Shown in pieces: positions 17,869 through 26,707 of a DNA stretch of 64,000 bases. Position 1 is the first letter of the stretch, and the number at the start of each line of letters is the position of its first letter. The notes beneath the pieces are model-generated. The model made no database searches. It was given only the letters and a program-made list of their open reading frames with translations, and was not told the origin of the DNA. The DNA is from Parcubacteria group bacterium Greene0714_7. GTDB taxonomy: Bacteria > Patescibacteriota > Minisyncoccia > Phycocordibacterales > Phycocordibacteraceae. The stretch lies in contig VMHB01000001.1 of NCBI GenBank assembly GCA_007378985.1, positions 192,252 through 256,251 of the forward strand, in the 5' to 3' direction. The translations under genes and the position numbers were made by a program.

Positions 17869-18930
17869 TTATTTCCCCTGACCGTAATATTGCTTGAGAA
17901 GAGCAACGTGCTCCTTGTAGGTTGCGGTACAGTGGAAACCTCCTTTTTTATCGTGGAAGTAGAAAATGCAATTCGTTTTTTTAGGATTAAGTGCTGCAAT
18001 GACAGCGGCAACAGAGGGGTTTGCAATAGGGGTTGGTGGCAATCCAGGATTTAGGTATGTGTTGTAGCTTGATTTAATATATTTATCTTTTGGTGCAACT
18101 TTAGGCCACCATATATCGTTTTTCCCTTTGTTTGCAGAACTTTTTGCATATTGAAGTGTCGCGTCAATTTGGAGATTCATGTCATTCCAAATGCGATTCC
18201 AGATTATGCCTGAAATTATTCGCATTTCATCAGGGTCACTTGTCTCACGCTCTAAGAGTGATGCAATTGTTAGTGCTGTTTCGAGTGGCACGATTTGAGC
18301 AGTGGAAGTCGCATATCGAGAAAGTATTGTGTTATGAAAACGTTCATCCAAGGTGCGTTTGATAGCATCAATATCGTCGCCGGCATTGACTTCGTATGTC
18401 CCTGGAGCAAATTTCCCCTCACCTAAAGTTGGGGCTTCCGTATTTGTGTGTGTAAGAAACTCTGCACGTTCTTCCTTATTCCAATCTAGTGTTTTTCCAA
18501 AAGCTCGCGCAACTTCTTCTTGTCTATATCCTGGGTAAATAGTGACGAACTGCATTCCAGCAGCTCCGACAAGTGCATAGCCAGGCACGGAAGCGATAAT
18601 ACTAGCGATAGTGCCCAATATTCCTTTCGCCTTAATAGAGGCAGCAGATATTGAGGGGTTTTCATTGGTGAAGAAGGCATCAACTTCTGCATTTTCGTTG
18701 ATAGATCTTCCTTGAGGGTTAACGCTGACGGGGAACGGCTTAATTGTAGGGGTTACGATTTCTTGTTCTTGGTGTATTTGGAAAGAAAAAAATGAAGGAA
18801 ATGAAAGAACTGCACCACCTATAATTAGGGCAAATGCCACACCCCACAACACGAGTGATTTTTTATTTGGCATTTTTTTCTTACCTCTAATTTTTTGCAC
18901 CAAAGGTTTTGATGCTGAAGAACTTGCCAT
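17869..18930 (-). CDS. mltG: Endolytic murein transglycosylase MltG/YceG-like, membrane anchored
   Basis: YceG motifs (YNTY...GLPPTPIANP) and an N-terminal transmembrane helix. Confidence 0.75.
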   Translation of the reverse strand: MASSSASKPLVQKIRGKKKMPNKKSLVLWGVAFALIIGGAVLSFPSFFSFQIHQEQEIVTPTIKPFPVSVNPQGRSINENAEVDAFFTNENPSISAASIKAKGILGTIASIIASVPGYALVGAAGMQFVTIYPGYRQEEVARAFGKTLDWNKEERAEFLTHTNTEAPTLGEGKFAPGTYEVNAGDDIDAIKRTLDERFHNTILSRYATSTAQIVPLETALTIASLLERETSDPDEMRIISGIIWNRIWNDMNLQIDATLQYAKSSANKGKNDIWWPKVAPKDKYIKSSYNTYLNPGLPPTPIANPSVAAVIAALNPKKTNCIFYFHDKKGGFHCTATYKEHVALLKQYYGQGK

Positions 18931-18959
18931 ACGATATAGTATAACGCTAGGAATGCTCT

Positions 18960-19916
18960 CTAGTCAGTTTCAAAAAGCTCACTCAAAGATTCGCCATTAT
19001 TAAGGCGATTTATAGCATTGCCAAAAATTTCACCCACAGAAATAATTTCTATCTTTTGAGATAATGCTTGTGTTGGGAGAACGCTATCAGTTATGAATAT
19101 TTTTTTAACGGGCGAACGATCAATAGAGGCCATGGCATTTCCTGAAAGTATTCCGTGCGTTGCGGCAGCGTAGACTTCTTTTGCACCATTCTCCATAAGC
19201 AAAGCAGAGGCTTTTTCAAGAGTTCCGCAGGTATCAAACATGTCATCAATGATGAGTGCAATCTTTCCTTTTACATCACCGACAAGTTTCATGGCCGTTA
19301 CCTGATTTGGAATTTCTCGTTGCTTGTGAATAATTGCAAGATCCACATTTTTTGTTAGTCGTTTTGCGTATGATTGTGCACGACTTACACCGCCAACATC
19401 TGGGGAAACAACCACAAGCTCTTCTTTTGCTAATGCATCAGCAAAGAAGGATTGGAAGAAAGAAATAAATACAGGTCGTGCGTATAAATAATCAACATTT
19501 GTGTCTCTAAAGAATCCGCCGATGGCATCTGTATGTAAGTCCATTGCTAAAATTTTGTCAGTACCGAGCGTTTCAAGAAGCACCGCCACTACTCGAGCGG
19601 AAATTGGTTCACGAGGCTTTGCTTTCCTCTCCTGTCTGGCATATCCCATATACGGGAGTACGACTGTGATTTCCCTGGCAGATGCACCGCGTGCAGCTTC
19701 AACGGCGAGGAATAAGCGCATCCAATTTTCAGCAGGTGGGTTAGTGGACTGAACAAGAAATACACTCTTCCCACGAAGGTTCTCCATAAACTGCACATGC
19801 TGTTCGCCATCAGAGAATGTTTTCAGTTTTATTTTCCCCAAGGAGGTGCCGAGCTTTGATGCAATTTTTTCAGCAAGAGGGTCGTTCGAGCCGAGGCTGA
19901 AAATTGCGTAGTCCAT
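18960..19916 (-). CDS. prs: Ribose-phosphate pyrophosphokinase
   Basis: PRPP synthetase motifs (DLHTDAIGGFF, PRPP-binding loop VSPDVGGV). The start is taken at MDYAIFSLGSN. Confidence 0.85.
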   Translation of the reverse strand: MDYAIFSLGSNDPLAEKIASKLGTSLGKIKLKTFSDGEQHVQFMENLRGKSVFLVQSTNPPAENWMRLFLAVEAARGASAREITVVLPYMGYARQERKAKPREPISARVVAVLLETLGTDKILAMDLHTDAIGGFFRDTNVDYLYARPVFISFFQSFFADALAKEELVVVSPDVGGVSRAQSYAKRLTKNVDLAIIHKQREIPNQVTAMKLVGDVKGKIALIIDDMFDTCGTLEKASALLMENGAKEVYAAATHGILSGNAMASIDRSPVKKIFITDSVLPTQALSQKIEIISVGEIFGNAINRLNNGESLSELFETD

Positions 19917-20180
19917 CCGGTTGTGAGTTTTGGCGTCATGCCCGCAGTCGTCCGTAGAGATTGAAGTGTGCCCCATATATTTAGATGAAGTGGACTATAC
20001 CACTGCCGTTATGGGCATAAAAGACCGCAACGCCAAAATCTACAACGGGATCCATTAGTGGGGAGTATATCAAGAACTGTGTCTAATGTGTAACATTTTC
20101 CTCCTTGCATGGGTTTATGTATTCAGCACTAGGATACATGCGTAAAGGAGTCCTGTGTCTTATACTGCTTTAATACACCA

Positions 20181-20609
20181 ATGATTAACGTAAACCAACT
20201 CACTGAGGCTTCAGAGCAAAACATACAGGAACTAGAGCTTCTCTCGGGTATGTTGCATGGCGATGAACGAAAATCATCGGCAGACGAAATTGCCCGTATA
20301 CTCAGTAACCCCTCTGTTATTTTTGTTGTTGCAAAAGATGGGGAACGTATTATTGGGATGGGTGCGCTCTATATACATCAGAAAGTTGGTAAAATAGGGT
20401 CATATATAGAAGATGTCATTGTTGATAGTGCGTACCGTGGGAAAGGATTAGGTAAAGAAATAGTACAAGCTCTCATTGATGGAGCACGCGAGCGGGGGGT
20501 AGTATCAGTTTCACTTACCTCACGACCAGAAAGAATTGCAGCGCATACTTTGTATGAAAAACTTGGTTTTAAAAAATATGACACAAATGTTTTTAGAATT
20601 ACCCTCTAA
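20181..20609 (+). CDS. GNAT family N-acetyltransferase
   Basis: GNAT acetyl-CoA binding motif (VDSAYRGKGLGKEIV). Confidence 0.75.
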   Translation: MINVNQLTEASEQNIQELELLSGMLHGDERKSSADEIARILSNPSVIFVVAKDGERIIGMGALYIHQKVGKIGSYIEDVIVDSAYRGKGLGKEIVQALIDGARERGVVSVSLTSRPERIAAHTLYEKLGFKKYDTNVFRITL

Positions 20610-20621
20610 TAGATAGCTCTA

Positions 20622-21767
20622 ATGTCACGGGTAAAAATTACGGAGTATAGAGCTAAGAAACTTATACTTGGGGACGCATATGCGGGTCGTTCCTTGTCGG
20701 GTATTTCTGATGTTGGGTTTACGAAACCCAACATGGTGGTGAAGGTTGATCAAGGGATTAAGAAGCGTTTTAAGCAGGGGCTTGTTGCGGTCAATGTTTC
20801 TTCAAAGGAGGCAGGGCAGAAAGTAAGGGAATGGGAAAAGCGAGGTTTTTCTCATTTTCTTGTTGAGCCGTATGTATCGCATGAGGAGTCTGAAGAGCAG
20901 TACCTTTTTTTAGAGCGGGTACGCACGGGGATACGAGTTCTACATGCTTCTTCGGGTGGTATTGATATCGAGGCACACCCAGAACTAGTGAAAACATATC
21001 TCATAAACCCGGCACTATCATATATGGTAGTGCCGGGCATCCCAGAAAAATTCTTGAAACATCTTGTGGAGGTGTTTGAAAAAAACTTTTTCTCTTTTCT
21101 TGAAATTAATCCACTTGTTGTTCGGGGAGATGAGGTATATATCCTCGATGCAGCGGTGCTCGTCGACAGCGCGGGAATATTTTTCGTCAAAAATGGATGG
21201 AACGAAGAAGACGTTGTTGAGGGAAAGGTACGACATATTGCTGAAGAAAAAGTACAGGCACTTCAAAAAACTACCCCTGCCTCCCTGAAACTCACCATTT
21301 TGCACCCTGATGGAGGTTTGTTTTTTCTGCTTTCAGGTGGTGGTGGAAGTATTGTTATTGCAGATGAGGCAGAACTTAATGGTGTGGGTCGCTCCATTGG
21401 TAATTATGGAGAATATAGCGGTGGTCCAACTCGAGAAGAAACACATCTCTACGCACGAGAGGTGATTCAGCTATTACTTAATTCACCTGCAAAGAAGAAG
21501 GCGCTCGTGATTGCTGGAGGTATTGCAAATTTTACTGATGTTAAGTCAACATTTAAGGGTATTGTTGATGCCTTGTCAGAGTGCGCGAGCACTCTTCGAG
21601 GAAAAGGTGTAAAAGTATTTGTGCGTCGTGGCGGACCGAATGAAATTGAAGGGCTTCTTTTTATGGAAGAGTATTTAAAAAAAGAAAAATTATTTGGTTC
21701 AGTGTATGGTTCTGGTGCAGTAATTACGAGTGCAGTTGATGATGCCATTGCATTTATAAAAAAATGA
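20622..21767 (+). CDS. aclB: ATP-citrate lyase beta subunit (ATP-grasp, SucC-like)
   Basis: Blocks match the N-terminal half of ATP-citrate lyase: VVKVDQGIKKRFKQGLVAVN, FLEINPLVV, ASLKLTILHPDGG, GNYGEYSGGP, ALVIAGGIANFTDVKSTFKGIV and VFVRRGGPN. Confidence 0.8.
   Translation: MSRVKITEYRAKKLILGDAYAGRSLSGISDVGFTKPNMVVKVDQGIKKRFKQGLVAVNVSSKEAGQKVREWEKRGFSHFLVEPYVSHEESEEQYLFLERVRTGIRVLHASSGGIDIEAHPELVKTYLINPALSYMVVPGIPEKFLKHLVEVFEKNFFSFLEINPLVVRGDEVYILDAAVLVDSAGIFFVKNGWNEEDVVEGKVRHIAEEKVQALQKTTPASLKLTILHPDGGLFFLLSGGGGSIVIADEAELNGVGRSIGNYGEYSGGPTREETHLYAREVIQLLLNSPAKKKALVIAGGIANFTDVKSTFKGIVDALSECASTLRGKGVKVFVRRGGPNEIEGLLFMEEYLKKEKLFGSVYGSGAVITSAVDDAIAFIKK
21011..21034. promoter_or_regulatory. 24-bp near-perfect palindrome inside aclB that matches the TrpR-like paralog-1 operator core (19/20)
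   Basis: GGCACTATCATATATGGTAGTGCC versus operator CACTATCATATATGATAGTG. Confidence 0.4.
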
Positions 21768-21813
21768 ACCCCGTTAGAAATACCACCTGCACAGATTTCT
21801 AAAATATTTATAT

Positions 21814-23652
21814 ATGAAAAAGCGCATTGATAAAATTTCTAACGGGGTGAACATACTTGAATTAACACGGAGTGGAAGAGCAAGAGTTCTCGTCATAGGG
21901 AATCATTCAGGCATTATTCAGTCAATGCTCGATTTTGATTTTCTTTCAGGCAAGGAAATTCCTTCTGTATTGGGGATAGTTGCAGGGAATCGTAAGGCAG
22001 AAAAATATTTTTTTGGGACTAAAGAAATTTTGTTGCCATGCTATAAGAATATTCAAATTGCTTCGGAGGCCTTAGGTTCAAAGGTCGACTGGATGCTTAA
22101 TCTTCAGTCGGGACGGCGTACATTTGAATCAACGGTTTCCTTTTTTGATTTTTTCCCAAAATCGCTTGGGGCACACATATTTGCAGAAAATGTTCCAGAA
22201 AGTCACGCAACTGAGCTCATTTCTCGTTTTGGTAAGAAGTATTTTATCGTAGGGCCTTCAGGAGTTGGATTGTTGATACCAGGCGCTTTGAAGCTTGGCG
22301 CCATTGGTGGTGTTGATGCGGTTCAAATTAAATCTGGAGCACTGACAAACGCTGGAAATATTGCGGTTGGTTCAACTTCTGGAGGAATGACTAATGAGCT
22401 GATTCATGCAGTTGCGCGTGCTGGGAAAAGACTCTCGTTTGCAATAGCTATTGGCGGAGACAGGTTTCCTGTAGTTTCTTTGACGCAGATATTTGCGCTT
22501 GCTGAAGCAGATTCTCAAACAGAAGGATTTGTATATTTTGGAGAGCTTGGCGGTGTAGATGAATATGAAATTATTGAGCTCATTAAGGCAAAAAAGTTCA
22601 CCAAACCTCTTGTTGCGTATATTGCGGGAATTATAGATGAAGCATTTGATGAACATGTACAATTTGGGCATGCAAAGGCATTGGTGCAGACAATGGATGA
22701 AAGTGCTCGTGCAAAGCGTGAGGCACTTCGCGAGGCTGGTGTTATTGCTCCTGATACATTTCCTCAGTTTCTTGATGCGCTTCAAAAACTTCCCGGAGGC
22801 GCGTATACTGCTGAGGAAATGGATATAGAGCCGCTTCAAGGACGACAGAAAAGTATTCTTTCGACGAGAAAGGTTTCAGACATAGATGAAGGTCGTATTT
22901 TTGTAAAAGGAAAAAAACTTTCGAAAGGCAAAGAAAATGCATTTGTGGACGCTACGTTAGTTGCACTTCTTGGAAAGCCTGTACAGTCTCCAATAACACG
23001 AGCCTTTACCGAAGCTGTGTTTGAAATGCTTATAGACCACGGAGGAAATGTTTCAGGGGCAGTAAATACCATGATTACCGCTCGTGCTGGTAAAGATCTT
23101 GTTTCATCCCTTGCCTCAGGCCTTCTCACTGTTGGTCCCCGTTTTGGTGGAGCAATAAACGAAGCAGCTCGTTTGTGGATTTCGGGTGTTGTATCGCAAA
23201 AAACAGGTTTGGAATTTGTAGCTGAAAAAGCAAAGGCAGGTGAGTTGATTTTAGGCATTGGGCACAAGAAATACCGCGTTGGGCTCCCAGATCCTCGAGT
23301 GAAAGCTCTTGCTGAATTTGCAACGCTTCTTAAAGTACATCCACATTATGATTTCGCACGGAGCGTAGAGAAAGCAACAACTTCAAAAAACGGGAAATTG
23401 ATTTTAAATATCGACGGCGCTATTGCAGCGTTACTCTTAGACATCTTGAGTGAATGCGAAGGGATGAGTCAGCGCGAACTTCAAGAGCTTGCTGATGCTG
23501 AATTCTTTAATGCATTTTTTGTTATTCCTCGCTCTGTAGGTTTCATTGCACATTTCATGGAACAAAAGAAAAATGATGAAGGTTTGTTTCGTCTTCCTGA
23601 TGAACTACTGTTTGTGAGAGCAGAGACTCCAAAGAAAACTAAGAAGAAATAA
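21814..23652 (+). CDS. aclA: ATP-citrate lyase alpha subunit (CoA-binding SucD-like domain plus citrate-synthase-like domain)
   Basis: MLDFDFLSGKEIPSV, ARAGKDLVSSLASGLLTVGPRFGG, GIGHKKYRVGLPDPR (a citrate synthase-type motif) and PRSVGFIAHFMEQ all match the ACLY C-terminal half. Confidence 0.8.
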   Translation: MKKRIDKISNGVNILELTRSGRARVLVIGNHSGIIQSMLDFDFLSGKEIPSVLGIVAGNRKAEKYFFGTKEILLPCYKNIQIASEALGSKVDWMLNLQSGRRTFESTVSFFDFFPKSLGAHIFAENVPESHATELISRFGKKYFIVGPSGVGLLIPGALKLGAIGGVDAVQIKSGALTNAGNIAVGSTSGGMTNELIHAVARAGKRLSFAIAIGGDRFPVVSLTQIFALAEADSQTEGFVYFGELGGVDEYEIIELIKAKKFTKPLVAYIAGIIDEAFDEHVQFGHAKALVQTMDESARAKREALREAGVIAPDTFPQFLDALQKLPGGAYTAEEMDIEPLQGRQKSILSTRKVSDIDEGRIFVKGKKLSKGKENAFVDATLVALLGKPVQSPITRAFTEAVFEMLIDHGGNVSGAVNTMITARAGKDLVSSLASGLLTVGPRFGGAINEAARLWISGVVSQKTGLEFVAEKAKAGELILGIGHKKYRVGLPDPRVKALAEFATLLKVHPHYDFARSVEKATTSKNGKLILNIDGAIAALLLDILSECEGMSQRELQELADAEFFNAFFVIPRSVGFIAHFMEQKKNDEGLFRLPDELLFVRAETPKKTKKK

Positions 23653-23702
23653 TTCCTGTTCCGTAGCCACTTGTTCTGAGTTATTATTGTCCCTACAGTA
23701 TC

Positions 23703-23775
23703 GGGCGGTTAGCTCAGTTGGTAGAGCGTTCCCTTCACACGGGAGAGGTCACAGGTTCGAATCCTGTACCGCCCA
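23703..23775 (+). tRNA. tRNA-Val (anticodon CAC)
   Basis: Cloverleaf with D-loop AGCTCAGTTGGTAGAGC, anticodon loop TTCACAC and T-arm GGTTCGAATCC. Confidence 0.8.
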
Positions 23776-23798
23776 CACATGATTTATTATTGTTAGTT

Positions 23799-23869
23799 CG
23801 GGGCGGAGTATGCCGGTAGTACATACGATTCGGGTTCGTATAGACCGAGTTCGATTCTCGGCGCCCCGA
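23799..23869 (+). tRNA. tRNA-Pro (anticodon CGG)
   Basis: Acceptor CGGGGCG/CGCCCCG, anticodon stem TACGA/TCGTA, loop TTCGGGT with G37, and T-arm CCGAG-TTCGATT-CTCGG. Confidence 0.7.
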
Positions 23870-24004
23870 CTGAACAAAGTGAAGGAGGAAGAACAGACCG
23901 ACTGCTCGGTCTGTGTCCGGAATCGAAAGTCGGAGTCATGCCGTTAGGCAGACGAGACCGGGTAGAAACCACTTAGCGAGTCCTCGAGCGGAGTTCGTTG
24001 ACGC

Positions 24005-24023
24005 CGATTCTCGGCGCCCCGAC
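24005..24023 (+). repeat. Direct repeat of the tRNA-Pro 3' end (19 nt, followed by an encoded CCA), a possible att-like remnant
   Basis: CGATTCTCGGCGCCCCGAC is identical to 23852-23870. The downstream copy continues with CA (ACCA) while the intact tRNA continues with CTG. Confidence 0.6.
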
Positions 24024-24126
24024 CATAGAGGTCAAATATATTTTTTATTCATGGGCCTATAAGCAAAGCTTTTAGGCTCCTCTCTCGAAAAAAGTAGACA
24101 TACATGCCATACTTTCTTTCTCGTTC

Positions 24127-24197
24127 GGGCCTATAGTCTAGTGGTACGACGCTACATTCGCATTGTAGAGGCGCGAGTTCGATTCTCGCTAGGTCCA
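24127..24197 (+). tRNA. tRNA-Ala (anticodon CGC)
   Basis: G3:U70 acceptor pair, anticodon loop TTCGCAT and T-arm GCGAG-TTCGATT-CTCGC. Confidence 0.75.
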
Positions 24198-24208
24198 CAG
24201 AAACAAGG

Positions 24209-24257
24209 ATCTCCCTCCGAAGGAGAAAATCCAGGTTCGACTCCTGGTGAGAGCACC
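24209..24257 (+). pseudogene. tRNA 3' fragment (anticodon arm with CCG, T-arm and acceptor 3' strand, but no 5' half). Possible relic of tRNA-Arg(CCG).
   Basis: TCTCC-CTCCGAA-GGAGA and CCAGG-TTCGACT-CCTGG are present. No matching D-arm or 5' acceptor strand is found. Confidence 0.4.
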
Positions 24258-24323
24258 TTTCGACTCCATGACTCACTCAGAGCAAGCACCCGTGGACTAT
24301 TTTTCTAAACACTACAAAAGAGC

Positions 24324-24365
24324 CAGTATAGTATAAGTTAACGACCGTTAAATTATACTATACTG
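24324..24365. promoter_or_regulatory. 42-bp AT-rich near-palindrome P1 (20-bp arms, AC centre)
   Basis: CAGTATAGTATAAGTTAACG-AC-CGTTAAATTATACTATACTG. Confidence 0.5.
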
Positions 24366-24409
24366 ATTGAAACTGCTTTTATTTTAGAATTAATTTTTTA
24401 CTCAATTTT

Positions 24410-24721
24410 TTATTTGGCCTTTTTTAAAAATTTGACGCTCAAAGGTGAAATGTTTGGATAGAGGCGTGCTAATTCTGTCGGGTCAGATTTATACGGTGTG
24501 AATGCTTCAATAGTTGCATCTGATGCGGTGCCTGGTCCAAGCCATACAGTATCCCCACCTTCATCAGTATGTCTTTCAATGTGAAATACTCGGTAGACAA
24601 TGCCGGGGAAAAAATGAGGAGCAAGAGAAATAAAGTCTTGCGCTGAGAGGGCTCGTAGTTTCACCCGATCTCCTTTTTGAAGAAAGAGATGTTCAGGTTT
24701 TCGGTGGTCTTTTTCTGACAT
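24410..24721 (-). CDS. Hypothetical protein (103 aa) bracketed by palindromes P1 and P2
   Basis: The ORF is intact but has no recognisable domain. Confidence 0.45.
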   Translation of the reverse strand: MSEKDHRKPEHLFLQKGDRVKLRALSAQDFISLAPHFFPGIVYRVFHIERHTDEGGDTVWLGPGTASDATIEAFTPYKSDPTELARLYPNISPLSVKFLKKAK

Positions 24722-24797
24722 AGATGCCGTTTATTATATCATTTTGATTTTTTAACTCTTCAGTAATGTAATTTTTAAGTATTATTAACCAATTGCC

Positions 24798-24837
24798 TGT
24801 ATAGTATAATTTAACGACCGTTAAATTATACTATACA
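24798..24837. promoter_or_regulatory. 40-bp near-palindrome P2, same family as P1, in the divergent spacer between the 103-aa gene and the NUDIX gene
   Basis: TGTATAGTATAATTTAACG-AC-CGTTAAATTATACTATACA. Confidence 0.5.
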
Positions 24838-24876
24838 CCTTAATACTACTTAGCTTAGGCGGTATATAATAAAAAA

Positions 24877-25455
24877 ATGAAAGACCGATCGTACAGAAAA
24901 CCTCTGATGCCTGAAAATGCGAAGCGTGTTTTTGAAGGTGAGATTTTTGACATGTATCAGTGGGAACAAGAGCTCTACGATGGAACTTCTGCAACTTTTG
25001 AAAAAGGTTCTCGTCCCGACACTGCTATCGTGTTTCCAATTACTGAGACTGGAGAGATTCTTATAATCGAAGATTCACAACCTCATAGAGAAACTGTTTT
25101 GACTTCAGTGAGTGGGCGAATAGAGTCAGGCGAGACTCCCGAAGAAGGAGCGAGACGGGAACTCTTGGAAGAGACAGGCTATGAAGCAAATACATGGGAA
25201 TCTTTTTACACCAGTACACCAGTAGAGAAACTCGATTGGGTTAATTATGTTTTTATTGCAAAAGGATGCAAGAAAATAAAAGACGCCAAGCCTGACGCAG
25301 GAGAAAAAATAGTTATCCGTTCGGTCACGTTTGATGAACTTATTTTACTTGCTTCAGAAGGGAAGTTACGAGGAAAGGATTTCAGCATCATGGTGCTTCA
25401 GGCGATGCTGAATCCTGAAAAAATGAAAGATTTACGAAAGAAGTTTACGCCCTAG
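24877..25455 (+). CDS. NUDIX hydrolase
   Basis: Nudix box GRIESGETPEEGARRELLEETG. Confidence 0.8.
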   Translation: MKDRSYRKPLMPENAKRVFEGEIFDMYQWEQELYDGTSATFEKGSRPDTAIVFPITETGEILIIEDSQPHRETVLTSVSGRIESGETPEEGARRELLEETGYEANTWESFYTSTPVEKLDWVNYVFIAKGCKKIKDAKPDAGEKIVIRSVTFDELILLASEGKLRGKDFSIMVLQAMLNPEKMKDLRKKFTP

Positions 25456-25484
25456 TAGAAATTCGCTTTATTTTATAAATATTT

Positions 25485-25988
25485 TCACCACACCCATTTT
25501 ACTGATACAAAAGCAATTGCGAGAACACTAAGAAGTGTGATTCCTTGTAGTGCCATTAATATATATTTATGTGAACGTGCGACATGTGATTTTCTTTTAA
25601 GATATGCACGCCAACCTTGATGAATTAAAATTATATTCCCAGTTAGTGCAAAAATAAGTATTAATGCAGAGGTGTTGGTGGTGAACGCTAATGCGTCAAA
25701 CCCGTAGAGAGCTACACTCGCCCCCACTCCAACAAATAGTATGTCCAGTAGTGCATTTTCTGCATCCTCTACGAGGCCAGCCCCAAACTCAAGAGCTTCG
25801 TAGAGTACTGCTCCACCAGTGATTGCTATAAAAGCGTAGAGAGTGGACACCTCTAGAAACCACGCGAATGCTCCGAATGTTAATCCAGAAAATAGGTGCA
25901 CGAGCGACCAGAAATCAGCATAGCGACCATGCGCCCACCCGAAGTTTACGAGTTTTGAAGCTGTGCGTTCAAAGTTTAATTTCAGCAT
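25485..25988 (-). CDS. Hypothetical integral membrane protein
   Basis: Four or five predicted transmembrane helices. An SD-like GGGAGAAG precedes the chosen ATG. Confidence 0.5.
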   Translation of the reverse strand: MLKLNFERTASKLVNFGWAHGRYADFWSLVHLFSGLTFGAFAWFLEVSTLYAFIAITGGAVLYEALEFGAGLVEDAENALLDILFVGVGASVALYGFDALAFTTNTSALILIFALTGNIILIHQGWRAYLKRKSHVARSHKYILMALQGITLLSVLAIAFVSVKWVW

Positions 25989-26061
25989 CTTCTCCCTAGT
26001 ATACCTTTCCATCTTAAAATATCGTGGTATTCTTTGCGCGTATTCTAAAGAAGAAATACCT

Positions 26062-26580
26062 ATGGACGAAAAACAATTGAACGGGGAGATACGCACTGAA
26101 AAGACTCCACGCACGGTGTATTTTTTTGAGTACCTGACGCGTTGGACGGGTTCCATCCCATCATTGATTGTTCACACAATTCTTTTCGGTGGTGCTTTTG
26201 CTCTTGGGTTCTTTCATGTAGCTCCGTGGGATTCTGTGCTTTTGGTATTGACGACATTAGTTTCTTTAGAAGCAATCTATCTTTCTTTGCTCATACAAAT
26301 GACTGTCAATAGACACTCAGAAAGCTTGAAGGAGGTTGGAGAAGACGTTGAGGGGATTCAGGAAGACATTGAAGAAATTACCGAAGACGTTGAGGGAATT
26401 CAGGAAGACATTGAAGAAATTACCGAAGACGTTGAGGGAATTCAGGAGGATGTTGAAGAAATGACCGAAGAAGATGCTGAAGACGCAGAATTAGAAAAGC
26501 GTCATCTCGTGAGCCTAGAGCAGTTAACAAAAGATGTACAACGGGTTTTACAGGACTTGGAGAAATTCAAGAAACAGTGA
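26062..26580 (+). CDS. DUF1003-like membrane protein with an acidic C-terminal tandem repeat
   Basis: Two transmembrane helices (FGGAFALGFFHVAPW...) are followed by three copies of a 14-aa repeat VEGIQEDIEEITED. Confidence 0.55.
   Translation: MDEKQLNGEIRTEKTPRTVYFFEYLTRWTGSIPSLIVHTILFGGAFALGFFHVAPWDSVLLVLTTLVSLEAIYLSLLIQMTVNRHSESLKEVGEDVEGIQEDIEEITEDVEGIQEDIEEITEDVEGIQEDVEEMTEEDAEDAELEKRHLVSLEQLTKDVQRVLQDLEKFKKQ
26347..26472 (+). repeat. Three tandem copies of a 42-bp in-frame repeat inside the DUF1003-like gene
   Basis: GTTGAGGGAATTCAGGAAGACATTGAAGAAATTACCGAAGAC x3, with a few substitutions in copies 1 and 3. Confidence 0.8.
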
Positions 26581-26707
26581 GCTATAGATTAGTGTATAGC
26601 GTTTAGTGGTTAGGGGAATTCAATTCAAGAAAACTAAACCCTAAACGCTAGACCCTAAACCCTATTTAAGCTAGCCCCGAGAGGTTCGAAGTGTTAAAGT
26701 ATTTGCG

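Noticed and set aside
23799-24023. Possible tmRNA (tRNA-like 5' end, duplicated T-arm and acceptor with encoded CCA 220 nt downstream)
   Set aside because: The first copy is a complete cloverleaf tRNA-Pro with an anticodon arm. No reading frame in the spacer ends in the Ala-Ala-stop tag typical of tmRNA. The total length is too short. It is better explained as an att-site duplication.
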